Origin: an uncultured Actinomycetes bacterium
Lineage (GTDB): Bacteria > Actinomycetota > Geothermincolia > Fen-727 > JACVIW01
Direction of reading: 5' to 3'
NCBI GenBank assembly: GCA_937127245.1
Contig: CAKZLU010000048.1
Span: 9,028 to 73,027 of the forward strand
DNA length: 64,000 nucleotides
Shown here: positions 1-8,621 of the stretch, one piece after another
Numbering within the stretch: position 1 is the first letter of the stretch
Layout of the letters: each line of letters starts with the position of its first letter
The notes under the pieces: generated by a model
Database searches by the model: none
What the model was told of the DNA's origin: nothing
What the model saw: only the letters and a program-made list of their open reading frames with translations
Translations under genes and position numbers: made by a program

Positions 1-184
1 TCCACTCGTGCATCAGCTTGGAACAAGTATGTTTCTGGGCGGGCATTTGATAAGAAATTCGACAATTTTGCCGTGTTCAAACCTCGCTCTTTCTTGCGTA
101 TATTGTGTTGATTCTCATGAAAAACCATAATGGCTACCAGATGTTGCGCTCCGCGGTGGGTTTGGAGGAATTTGCTTGTACTAT

Positions 185-212
185 TTGACAAAAGGCTTTG
201 GCGTGTTAAAAT
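185..212 (+). promoter_or_regulatory. Consensus-like sigma70 promoter
   Basis: TTGACA (185-190), 16-bp spacer, TG at 204-205 (extended -10), TAAAAT (207-212). It points into a region with no convincing CDS. Confidence 0.55.
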
Positions 213-479
213 TATAAGAACGGTGATTTAGAAAGCCGTTATTTTTTTGCTCCAAAACATATATCCCCATGCATGAATCCCGCCTTTGATACCTTGATCA
301 GTCGGGCGAAATCACCCAAATGGGGGATGAGATTCTCATACTTAATGCAAGTCCTTTTTCCCATTATGAGGTATTTCTGATTGCCTTTCCGGGGACGAAT
401 CAAGAAGTGAGAGCCGAGGCAAGTATTATTAGACCTCATAGGTCTTGCCTCCTCTTCGTCCTCGGATCTCGTCTGAAGC

Positions 480-650
480 GAAGGGCTTGCCGAAATAGGC
501 TCAGAAAATTTTCCCCAGGTGGGGTAGGAGGAAGCGTACCTGCATCAAACCTCAGCACCGCCTACCCGCCCGCCTATCCCACCTGCCCTCCCCTAAAACT
601 CGAAAAATACTCGGTTTGCCCAGTGCAGCTATTTCGGTTATTGGGCTTTG
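480..650 (+). ncRNA. Candidate structured RNA with 6S-like rod and central bubble
   Basis: Outer stem CCGAAATAG 490-498 / CTATTTCGG 629-637; inner 13-bp stem CAGGTGGGGTAGG 516-528 / CCTATCCCACCTG 573-585 (one G-U on the + strand); A-rich asymmetric bubble between them. Folded by eye; no covariance-model search was run. Confidence 0.3.
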
Positions 651-756
651 TGCACCTTAATGAAGATTTCATAACAGAGCGGGAAACCCGTTTCCTGGAA
701 AAAATCCCTCATCGCTCTTATTTCTGATGGCAGGAAGTTGTTGTCGCCGCCGGCGC

Positions 757-1656
757 TCACACGGGGAAATTTTTCAGATTGAGGCAGCAGTGGTCCTTCA
801 TGTTTCGAGCTCTACCCAGTATCTCGAGAGCTATATTCTTGACCTGAAGGGGGTCGCCGAATTGTCTGTGCTCGTTGGTCACGACGGCTGAAGCTATCCT
901 CACGGTTTTTCCCTGTTTTCTTCTCTGTTGGGTAGCTATTTCAGGACATAGCTTGCCGAGGACGGTGTCAAACCTGCTCGTTACCTCTTGAAAAATCTGA
1001 CTGACTCGCACCGGCACGGTCAAAACAACGAAATCATCCTCACCGATGTACCCCGCAAATTCCTCACTCTCTATTGTGACATCGCAGAGGATCTCAGCGA
1101 GCGCCCTAATTAATTCGTTGCCTACCTCTATTCCGTATTTTTCGTTGACTACGCGCAGATTTGATATATCAAAATACATGAAGGCAAAGAACCTGCTTCT
1201 CTTTTGTATTCGTCTCCGCGTCTCGTCGTAAACTTGCGCTTTCCCCGGGATTCTTGTCAGGGGGTCAACAGGCATGCTGCTTTCTAATCTCGAGAGGAGA
1301 TTTTTTATCCGCGCGAAAAGTTCGTTCGAGTCGATTGGCTTTTGGATGTAATCGTCGGCGCCGATCTCGAATCCTTTGAGGATGTGATCGGTTTTTCCGA
1401 GCCCGGTAATTACTATGACGGGAATGAATTTGGTCGGCGAAGCGCTTTTAAACTGTCTGAGGATTTCCCACCCATCCATGTCTGGTAGCATTATATCGAG
1501 GAGTATTATGTCCGGCTCGTTGACAAGCGCTGAGGCAAGACCGGTCTCACCGTCAGGAGCTACGATGACTTCGTAACCCTCAAGCTCGAGACTGACCTTG
1601 ATTGTTTCAGCGATCGAATATTCGTCTTCGATCAGAAGGACTTTATTCCTTTGCAT
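757..1656 (-). CDS. Response regulator with C-terminal degenerate GGDEF domain
   Basis: REC domain (LLIEDE, LLDIMLP, ADDYIQKP), then DPLT and YIGEDDF in place of GG(D/E)EF. Confidence 0.85.
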   Translation of the reverse strand: MQRNKVLLIEDEYSIAETIKVSLELEGYEVIVAPDGETGLASALVNEPDIILLDIMLPDMDGWEILRQFKSASPTKFIPVIVITGLGKTDHILKGFEIGADDYIQKPIDSNELFARIKNLLSRLESSMPVDPLTRIPGKAQVYDETRRRIQKRSRFFAFMYFDISNLRVVNEKYGIEVGNELIRALAEILCDVTIESEEFAGYIGEDDFVVLTVPVRVSQIFQEVTSRFDTVLGKLCPEIATQQRRKQGKTVRIASAVVTNEHRQFGDPLQVKNIALEILGRARNMKDHCCLNLKNFPV

Positions 1657-1846
1657 CGTTTTTCATTCGATTTTGCTTTCGTTTGGTGGAAAACACACTG
1701 CTCAAAGCTTGGCACAATAACAAATTTTACACCTGCACTAATATTGCCGCTAACCAGGAAAAATGACGGGGCGGTCGTGGACTCTTTGTCGATGTCCGGA
1801 TAATTGATACCCCGGATGTTGCTTGGGTTATAAGAAAGGCGCTCAT

Positions 1847-2572
1847 TTAAATCAGACCTGCCCGTGAGAGTAACGCGCTGTCGGAGAGAATGTCTCTGAT
1901 CGGTCCGTCGGCGATGATTCGACCGGATAGAAGAATGACGGCGCGGTCGCAGATTTGCGCTGCCATATCGAGGTCGTGCGTCACCACAAGTTTTGTCCCT
2001 TTGAGCGTTTTAATCAATTCGGAGATTTCTCTTCTTCCCCTCGGGTCAAGGTTTGCGCCTGGTTCGTCCAGGACAAGGATTTCGGGTTCCATTGCCAGTA
2101 CGGTGGCTATTGAAACGCGTTTCTTTTCACCAAGGCTCAAATGGTGTGGGGACCTATCCTCCGATCCAGACATTCCTACCCATTCGAGCGCCCTCTTTAC
2201 GGAAAACTCGACAAGGTCTGGGGATATGCCCATATTCAGCGGACCAAATGCCACGTCCTCTTTAACCGTGGAAGAAAACAACTGGTCGTCCGGGTCTTGG
2301 AATACGAGCCCCACCAGGCGCCGTATTTTTCGGATGTTCTGCTTGTTGACTTCAAGCCCGTGAATTTCAACCCTGCCCTTTCCTTTCAGTATGCCGTTGA
2401 GATGGAGCGTAAGCGTTGATTTTCCAGCTCCATTCGGTCCCATAAGCGCAACTGATTCCCCTTTCCTCACGGTCAGGTTTATCTCCTGGAGGGCCAAAGT
2501 CCCGTCGGGGTATACGTAACTCAAGTTCTCCACTCTTATTGCGATCTCACTTTTAAGAGATATTATTTCCAA
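1847..2572 (-). CDS. cbiO: ECF-type Co/Ni transporter ATPase (CbiO/NikO)
   Basis: Walker [28 protein letters not shown] signature, LVLDEP; downstream of cbiM/N/Q. Confidence 0.9.
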   Translation of the reverse strand: MEIISLKSEIAIRVENLSYVYPDGTLALQEINLTVRKGESVALMGPNGAGKSTLTLHLNGILKGKGRVEIHGLEVNKQNIRKIRRLVGLVFQDPDDQLFSSTVKEDVAFGPLNMGISPDLVEFSVKRALEWVGMSGSEDRSPHHLSLGEKKRVSIATVLAMEPEILVLDEPGANLDPRGRREISELIKTLKGTKLVVTHDLDMAAQICDRAVILLSGRIIADGPIRDILSDSALLSRAGLI

Positions 2573-2712
2573 ATTCTCTCCAATTGCGATTTTTCAAGTG
2601 TGCCCTTTCGAGCATGAAACATCAGCGTTTTGTCTAATTGCGCTCGCGCATAACAAAGTGTCGAACATTGATGATACTGGTAGTCAAGTAAGCGGGCAAG
2701 TTGAAAACTTCA

Positions 2713-3474
2713 TTACCAGAGCAGGCTAATTCTTGCGGAAACTGCCGTAAGCGTAATGAGAGTAAGAAAAACTACGTCCGCGCTTTTCATTTTTCGGTCG
2801 TGATAGCGCGGGAATGTTCCCTCAAATCCTCTCGAGCACATCGCCTGATAGACCCTTTCTCCTCTCATGTGACTTCTGATGAAAAGCGAGGCAATCATTT
2901 GTCCTATGGTTTTTGCCTGCCAAATCCATCTTCCCCGGAAGTTTCTCGAATCTCTCGCTCTTTTCATGCGCTCCGCTTCGTCGACAATGATGAAAACGTA
3001 TCTGTACATAAAGGAAGCCACTGTGGTAAAGAAACTTGGGACCTTTAGTCTTTCAAGCGCGCGCATCAGATCGGGGAAGGGTGTTGTTGACGAAAGAAGG
3101 ATCAAAGCGATGATCGAGATAAGTGATTTTACGCTCACGTTCCAGACTGTGATAAGACCCTCTTTCGAAACCTTGAGAAAACCTAACTCTAAGATGGTCA
3201 TACCCTCTTTCGTAAACGGTGTGACCAAGGCCACGATAAGGATGAAAGGAAAGACCACGAGGGCTCTTGATATGATATGAGAAGCCGGGACTCTGGAGGC
3301 AGTTGCGACGATAAATACGATCCCCGCGTAAACGACAAAACACCACCATGCTTCTGGAGGCGTTGAGACGCAAATCACAATTAATGCGAAAAGTGCAAGC
3401 GCCTTTGCTCGCGGCTCAATAGAGTGAACCGGGCTTTCAAGCCTGCTGTATTTGTCTATATAGTCATGTTTCAT
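2713..3474 (-). CDS. cbiQ: ECF-type Co/Ni transporter T component (CbiQ/NikQ)
   Basis: SPVHSIEPRAK N-terminus, multiple TM helices, FMYRY, RARDSR and AMCSRGF motifs. Confidence 0.9.
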   Translation of the reverse strand: MKHDYIDKYSRLESPVHSIEPRAKALALFALIVICVSTPPEAWWCFVVYAGIVFIVATASRVPASHIISRALVVFPFILIVALVTPFTKEGMTILELGFLKVSKEGLITVWNVSVKSLISIIALILLSSTTPFPDLMRALERLKVPSFFTTVASFMYRYVFIIVDEAERMKRARDSRNFRGRWIWQAKTIGQMIASLFIRSHMRGERVYQAMCSRGFEGTFPRYHDRKMKSADVVFLTLITLTAVSARISLLW

Positions 3475-3820
3475 CAGCGCTTGTTGTCTTGGAGCGTTTT
3501 GCCAGTTTCCTTAAGGCTAAGGGTATCACACCTATCATGACCGCCACCACGGCCGTTATTATCACACCTATCAGTCCCGAGAGGCTTGTCGCGAATTTTT
3601 CGTTCTTGACTTTAGGGAATTGATAGTCAGGGATCGGTGAGTGCTTCCAGGCCGGCTCTGTCTCTTCAGCCTTATTCAGGAAACCCTTGTCATCCGCGAC
3701 GCGCTCCAGACCATCAGGGCTTTCGCTTGCGTAAGGCGAAATGAATATCCCAAGTATTAGCGCGACCGCAAAGGAGGCTACTATGAAGGCTCCAAGGCTG
3801 ATTTTCATCTTTCTTGACAT
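3464..3820 (-). CDS. PDGLE-domain protein (NikN/CbiN-like ECF auxiliary subunit)
   Basis: SPYASESPDGLE motif and PIPDY between two TM helices; start moved to ATG 3820, which follows a GGAGG RBS. Confidence 0.85.
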   Translation of the reverse strand: MSRKMKISLGAFIVASFAVALILGIFISPYASESPDGLERVADDKGFLNKAEETEPAWKHSPIPDYQFPKVKNEKFATSLSGLIGVIITAVVAVMIGVIPLALRKLAKRSKTTSADET

Positions 3821-3838
3821 CGTAGGTCCTCCAGACAA

Positions 3839-4519
3839 TCAACTCACCCCCTCGCCTGCGTAGGGAAGCGATGGCGCTCCTGTGAAAGATGCCACAAGAT
3901 CAGGTCTCAGTTGTAGGACGATTGCCACAACGACCGTGGTTATCAGGGCTTCTCCGATGCCGATAATGCTGTGAACACCGACCATAGCAGGGAAGACGAC
4001 CTTAAACGGTACCGTGCCGGAGAAGGCGAGCTCAATGGAGCAAGCCGCAGAGGCTACCACGACGGAAAACCAGGCAAAGAACGCTGACGAAAAAAGAAGC
4101 GACCTTCTTTCCCCGAATCGGCTTAGCGCTTTCTTCGCAAGTATTAAGAGGTAATAGGACAGAAAACCGCCTATTATCCCCATGTTGAAGATGTTCGCGC
4201 CGAGGGCGGTCAGGCCACCGTCGGCGAAAAACAGGCACTGAACAAGGAGCACCACTGACATCACGAGGAATCCCGAGAAGGGTCCGAGAAGGACCATCGC
4301 GAGAACCGCCCCGAGGAAATGACCGCTCGTCCCCCCCGCCACAGGGAAATTAAGCATTTGAGCGGCGAAGATAAACGCCGCCGTAATGCCGAGAATGGGA
4401 ATTTTTTTCTCGTCGAGCTCTTCCCTCGCTTTGTAAAGAGCATAGCCCAAAGTACCCGTGGATGCTACGTAGGTGACTATGGAATTCTTTGGATCAAGAA
4501 AACCATCGGGTATATGCAT
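3839..4519 (-). CDS. cbiM: ECF-type Co/Ni transporter S component (CbiM/NikM)
   Basis: Diagnostic MHIPDG N-terminus at ATG 4519 with GGAGG RBS (4528-4532); FAAQMLNFPVAGGTSGH; ADGGLTALGAN. Confidence 0.92.
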   Translation of the reverse strand: MHIPDGFLDPKNSIVTYVASTGTLGYALYKAREELDEKKIPILGITAAFIFAAQMLNFPVAGGTSGHFLGAVLAMVLLGPFSGFLVMSVVLLVQCLFFADGGLTALGANIFNMGIIGGFLSYYLLILAKKALSRFGERRSLLFSSAFFAWFSVVVASAACSIELAFSGTVPFKVVFPAMVGVHSIIGIGEALITTVVVAIVLQLRPDLVASFTGAPSLPYAGEGVS

Positions 4520-4537
4520 TATTCTCGCCTCCTTCAA

Positions 4538-4597
4538 AATAAAAAACAAAAAACCACGAATGTCCGGTTTCATTCCGGATTCAGACCATCGTGGTCA
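4538..4597 (-). terminator. Intrinsic-terminator-like hairpin in the cbiM/nikM leader (candidate attenuator)
   Basis: Minus strand ACCACGA (4595-4589) ... TCCGG-AATGAAA-CCGGA ... TCGTGGT (4559-4553) followed by TTTTTTGTTTTTTATTTT, ending a few nt before the RBS. Confidence 0.65.
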
Positions 4598-4660
4598 AGT
4601 ATGCTTCCCTTATTCTACTTTTTAACTCGTTTGTCTTTTCGACTCATCGGGTCTTCTTGA

Positions 4661-4697
4661 CCCAGTAATTTTTACCATACGTAATCTGGGATGGCAA
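4661..4697 (-). promoter_or_regulatory. Candidate promoter for the cbiM/nikM leader with overlapping inverted repeat
   Basis: Minus strand TTGCCA (4697-4692), 17 bp, TAAAAA (4674-4669) preceded by TGG; CCCAG-N20-CTGGG inverted repeat at 4661-4690. Confidence 0.35.
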
Positions 4698-4842
4698 GCG
4701 TTCGCGTCAAGACTAATGCAGGTGCGTATACCGCGCTTTTCTTGAAGTGTGAATAGAAGCTAACTCTGGTTGGACGATTGCTTCACACAAACCAAAAACA
4801 GCCCCCCGGAAGAAAGAGAGTTAAGCGCTTTTTTGGGCCAAA

Positions 4843-5034
4843 TTAGTCTTGTTTACGCAGGAATATCTCGTGACCTACTAAATCCACTCGCTCTATTTTC
4901 GCGGTGATGAGCCTTTGCTCGCCGAAAAGGTCAGTGAGGAGTATTTTTTCGCCTTCAGGGTGGAGAGTCACCACGTTCTCCATGATGACTTCTTTCTCAC
5001 CGTCTTTGACTACGAAAACTATTGCCTCACACAT
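4843..5034 (-). CDS. cooT: CooT family nickel-binding protein
   Basis: 63 aa with MCEA N-terminus, IMENV, LTDLFGEQ and VDLVGHEI, typical of CooT. Confidence 0.85.
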   Translation of the reverse strand: MCEAIVFVVKDGEKEVIMENVVTLHPEGEKILLTDLFGEQRLITAKIERVDLVGHEIFLRKQD

Positions 5035-5470
5035 CTTGCGATTCCTCCCCTTCGACCGGTAGCCCGTAATGTTCCCTGACCATGTTGATCGCCTCTCTTA
5101 TAAGCTGCTGCAGGGGTTTTTTAACGGTTCCAAGGATATCAATTGGCGGGTTTGATAAAGGAAGAAGAATCTTCCTTGCCCGAGAGGAAGCGATGGCTGT
5201 CGCGATTGATGGGGTTACCTCGCCCATCATTGAGTTGGGAACCACAATTGACAGTGAGCCCATCACAATTTCCGCTTCGTTGATTGAAACCGCTATTGCG
5301 TTCTCGCCCGTTGCTCCGCGCGTGGCTTTAGCCTTCATCATATTTCCCGTGGCTATCGCGTTCGTTCCCAGCGCAATTATCTCGGCTTCCTCGGGAAGTG
5401 ATTGCCGCAGCAGTAGAACGATCTGAGTGCCAATGCTTCCGCCCATGCCGTCAACTACAGCGATGATCAA
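5027..5470 (-). CDS. DUF3842 family protein
   Basis: IAVVDGMGGSIG, ALGTNAIAT, GATGENAI, SMMGEVTP motifs. Likely TTG start at 5470 after GGAGG, overlapping the trxB stop. Confidence 0.85.
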   Translation of the reverse strand: MIIAVVDGMGGSIGTQIVLLLRQSLPEEAEIIALGTNAIATGNMMKAKATRGATGENAIAVSINEAEIVMGSLSIVVPNSMMGEVTPSIATAIASSRARKILLPLSNPPIDILGTVKKPLQQLIREAINMVREHYGLPVEGEESQDV

Positions 5471-6414
5471 TTGCTGCCTCCTTCGTACGGTTTTCGGGCA
5501 CCGGTCGACTCGAGGTAACCCTGAGCATTCATGGCTGCCTGCGCGCCTTCCGCAGCGGCGCATATGACCTGTTTTCGGCTGCCCGACCTTACGTCCCCCG
5601 CGGCGAAAACACCAGGTGCTGTCGTTTCGAGTCTGTCATTGGTCTTGACATAACCGTTTTCGTCAAGATCCACTTCCGCGGGCAGAAAACCTGTATTGGG
5701 CACGTTTCCCACGTAAAGAAAGACTCCGGAGACCGGTAATTCTTGCTTCTCGCCGGTAAGATTGTTGAGGATGACGGCGGAGCTCAGGGTTTTCTCTCCT
5801 CTCAATTCCACAAGCTCGCTGTTGAAGAGAAACTCTATCTTCGGGTTTGCCCGAGCCCGCTCTTCCAGGTACTCGGATGCGCGCAGTTCCGACCTTCTGT
5901 GAACCACTGTTACCTTGCTTGCGAATGAGGCGAGGTGGAGGCTTTCCTCAATCGCGGCATCGCCTCCTCCAACCACAATTATTTCGCGGTCGCGGAAGAA
6001 AGGGGCGTCACAGGTGGCGCAGTAAGATACCCCGCGACCGGTAAACTCAGTTTCTCCCGGAATTCCGAGCTTTTTGGGAGATCGTCCAGCGGTTATTATT
6101 GCAGACCTTGCCTCAAATGATTTTGCACCCGAAACCGCTATTTTTTTATCACCTTCAATGAGGAGCTGTTCAACACCCTGAAAACTGAGTATCTCAAGAC
6201 CGAATTTCTCCGCCTGCTCTTTCATCCTCTCCATTAAAGTGGCGCCTTCTATACCGTCCGGGAATCCTGGATAGTTTTCGATCAAAGGTGAGAGCATAGC
6301 CTGTCCGCCAACAGTCTGCTGCTCTAACAGCATGGCTTTAATTCTAGCGCGGCAAAGATAAATGCCCGCAGTGAGTCCCGCGGGTCCACCGCCAATTATC
6401 AGAACGTCCGTCAA
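5467..6414 (-). CDS. trxB: Thioredoxin-disulfide reductase
   Basis: IIGGGPAGLTA, IENYPGF, GVSYCATCD, VVGGGDAA, GVFAAGDV. Start probably TTG 6414 (the ORF extends to 6459). Confidence 0.93.
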   Translation of the reverse strand: MTDVLIIGGGPAGLTAGIYLCRARIKAMLLEQQTVGGQAMLSPLIENYPGFPDGIEGATLMERMKEQAEKFGLEILSFQGVEQLLIEGDKKIAVSGAKSFEARSAIITAGRSPKKLGIPGETEFTGRGVSYCATCDAPFFRDREIIVVGGGDAAIEESLHLASFASKVTVVHRRSELRASEYLEERARANPKIEFLFNSELVELRGEKTLSSAVILNNLTGEKQELPVSGVFLYVGNVPNTGFLPAEVDLDENGYVKTNDRLETTAPGVFAAGDVRSGSRKQVICAAAEGAQAAMNAQGYLESTGARKPYEGGSN

Positions 6415-6817
6415 AGAAAGACCCCCTTTTCGATTAAGACCCGGAACGCTTTGAATCATTTTAACATCTATGCCGTGATGGGGCGCGCGGGAACGTATGC
6501 CTTTTGCGCGCGGGAGAAAAGGGCTTGTATGTACCGGCAGAATGTTTGCGTCAAAACGTCTGGCACGTCTTGAGCGGGTTGAGCCGCTTCAAAGACATGA
6601 GTAACAGCCGGCGTGCCCGATGAACGGTCGGTCCATACCTTAGCCATCGAGTTGATTTTTTGGAGGTTTTGGTGGTTTCAAAATTTTTTCCTTACGACCC
6701 TTTTAAATCTGCGTAAGACGCCTTCGAAAGATAGTCTTATTCTTGAGATTTTGAACGCGAACCTGGCCGGGTGCGCTGTTTTATAATTTTTATGGTTCTT
6801 ATGGTGGGAATAACAAT

Positions 6818-7843
6818 ATGCTCGATAGGTATTTATCAATTCTTAAGAAAAAGAGTTACGCGCTTCATTGGCTGAGTGCCTCGGTGGGCTCGGGTCTTGA
6901 GAACGTTTCTCATTTTAGCGAGGAAGAGCTGTGGGAGGCTCATAGAGAGGGCATGATGAGGCTCGAGCGGCTGAAAAAATCCTCGACTGAGGAAAAGCTC
7001 GAGGAGCCCGGCGGTCTAAGCCTGCTTGATGTAAAGGTGGAACTTTCAAAAAGGATGCTCTCATCATGTCGTTTCTGTGAGCGTCGCTGCGGCGTGGATA
7101 GGACCGCCGGCGAGAAAGGGTACTGCAAGGTGGCGGCTGTCTCCCGTTACAGTTCCGATTTTCTCCATATGGGAGAGGAAATCGAACTTGTCCCGAGCCA
7201 CACAATCTTTTTCTCTGGCTGCACTTTTCACTGCGTCTATTGCCAGAACTGGGATATAGCTATGCATCCTGAATCGGGGAGGATCGCTGAGCCGTCAATG
7301 CTTTCAGCGGTGTTGATCGAGGGTATGTCGCAGGGATCGAGGAACGCAAACTTCGTTGGCGGGAATCCGGACCCTAATCTACACACCATACTTGAAACCG
7401 TGAAACTTGCGGGTTACCACGCGAGATTCCTTCCGATGGTATGGAACTCCAACATGTTCACCTCTCTTGAGGCGATGGACTTGCTTGACGGCGTCATGGA
7501 CATATACTTGGGGGATTTCAGGTACGGGAATGACGAGTGCGCCAATAAATACTCTGACGTTCAGGGATACTTTGAGGTTGTTTCGAGGAATTTCATGCTT
7601 GCCTATGAAAGAGCGGAAGTCATGTTAAGGCATCTTGTCATTCCAAACCATCTCCAGTGCTGCACTTTTCCCATAATGAAGTGGGTGAAGGAAAACATCC
7701 CAGACGTTTACTTCAATCTCATGTTTCAGTACAGACCCGAGTACAAAGCGCCTCTTTTCCCGGAGATAGACCGACGGCTTACATCAGAGGAGATAAGGGC
7801 GGCAGTGGAAATGGGGAAAGAACTCGGGATAAGGATGATGTGA
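6818..7843 (+). CDS. Radical SAM protein, PflX-like
   Basis: N-terminal CRFCERRCGVDR..GYC, CTFHCVYCQNWDI (CxxxCxxC), NFVGGNP, VWNSN, LRHLVIPNH. Confidence 0.85.
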   Translation: MLDRYLSILKKKSYALHWLSASVGSGLENVSHFSEEELWEAHREGMMRLERLKKSSTEEKLEEPGGLSLLDVKVELSKRMLSSCRFCERRCGVDRTAGEKGYCKVAAVSRYSSDFLHMGEEIELVPSHTIFFSGCTFHCVYCQNWDIAMHPESGRIAEPSMLSAVLIEGMSQGSRNANFVGGNPDPNLHTILETVKLAGYHARFLPMVWNSNMFTSLEAMDLLDGVMDIYLGDFRYGNDECANKYSDVQGYFEVVSRNFMLAYERAEVMLRHLVIPNHLQCCTFPIMKWVKENIPDVYFNLMFQYRPEYKAPLFPEIDRRLTSEEIRAAVEMGKELGIRMM

Positions 7844-7845
7844 AG

Positions 7846-8205
7846 CTATTTTTTCTCCGATTCGGTGTAGATTTTCACTTTCACGCTTTTTACGCCCATG
7901 TCTTTGAAAAGCTGTATGATGGATTTCTCCTGTTTGAGGGTAAAGGGATTTACCTCCCTTCTCCTGACCTCTTCCATGGGGATGTTGACATCGAATTCGA
8001 CATGCGAGTTTTTCACGACCTGCGAGATTCTATAATGCGCGCGATGTCCGGGTAGATACTGCACGAGCATTATTATGAAAACGACCAATGCCACAAGAAG
8101 GAGACTTATTATGTAAACGATAAGGCTTATCCTGATTCGTTCTTTCCCCTCCCGGCGCGCAGTTTCCGAATAAGCAACATCTTCTTCCCCTCTTTCGGTA
8201 ATCAT
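7846..8205 (-). CDS. Hypothetical single-pass membrane protein
   Basis: ATG 8205 after AAAGGGGG RBS; one strong hydrophobic helix (ISLIVYIISLLLVALVVFIIMLV); no family recognised. Confidence 0.6.
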   Translation of the reverse strand: MITERGEEDVAYSETARREGKERIRISLIVYIISLLLVALVVFIIMLVQYLPGHRAHYRISQVVKNSHVEFDVNIPMEEVRRREVNPFTLKQEKSIIQLFKDMGVKSVKVKIYTESEKK

Positions 8206-8621
8206 TTGAATACCCCCTTTCTGACTATTGTTGGGCGCCGGATAGCTGATAGTCCCTCGTGAAATCTTTTCACGGGTGGCTTTTATGTGCTTTATTCTTT
8301 TTATTTCTTGATTTCTATGTCGAACATGTTTCAGCCTTTCGGGCTGATAAACCAAATTTGCAAGACTAATAATAATTTTTTTCCGGGGTATTTATAAGCC
8401 TGGTTTCGGGTTCGTTTTGATAAACGGTCGAGTTCGGATTGTAAAAGTTATGTTAAAAGAAGATTACCGGGAACACATCCGAATTATTTTGGTCTAATAA
8501 TTAAGTGAGAAAGGGCAACATAGAGCCGATTCTGAGCGCCGAAGACGATAGGAAGAGGTGTGTTAGAATCAATTTGCCCATTGCCCAAATATCATCAAAG
8601 AAAAGGCGGGTGATTTGAGGC

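Noticed and set aside
595-660. c-di-GMP-I riboswitch-like GGGCAAACC on the minus strand near the GGDEF gene
   Set aside because: No GAAA tetraloop stem or GACGCAAAGC segment follows, and it lies downstream of the gene.
320-727. 135-aa ORF on the + strand
   Set aside because: No RBS and no recognisable motif; the composition fits a read-through of structured RNA. Not excluded entirely.
4625-4665. Hammerhead-like string in the cbiM leader (minus strand CCGATGA-GTC-GAAAA-GAC-AAAC)
   Set aside because: The core has CCGAUGA instead of CUGAUGA, lacks the G of GAAA after stem II, and has no NUH cleavage triplet in position.
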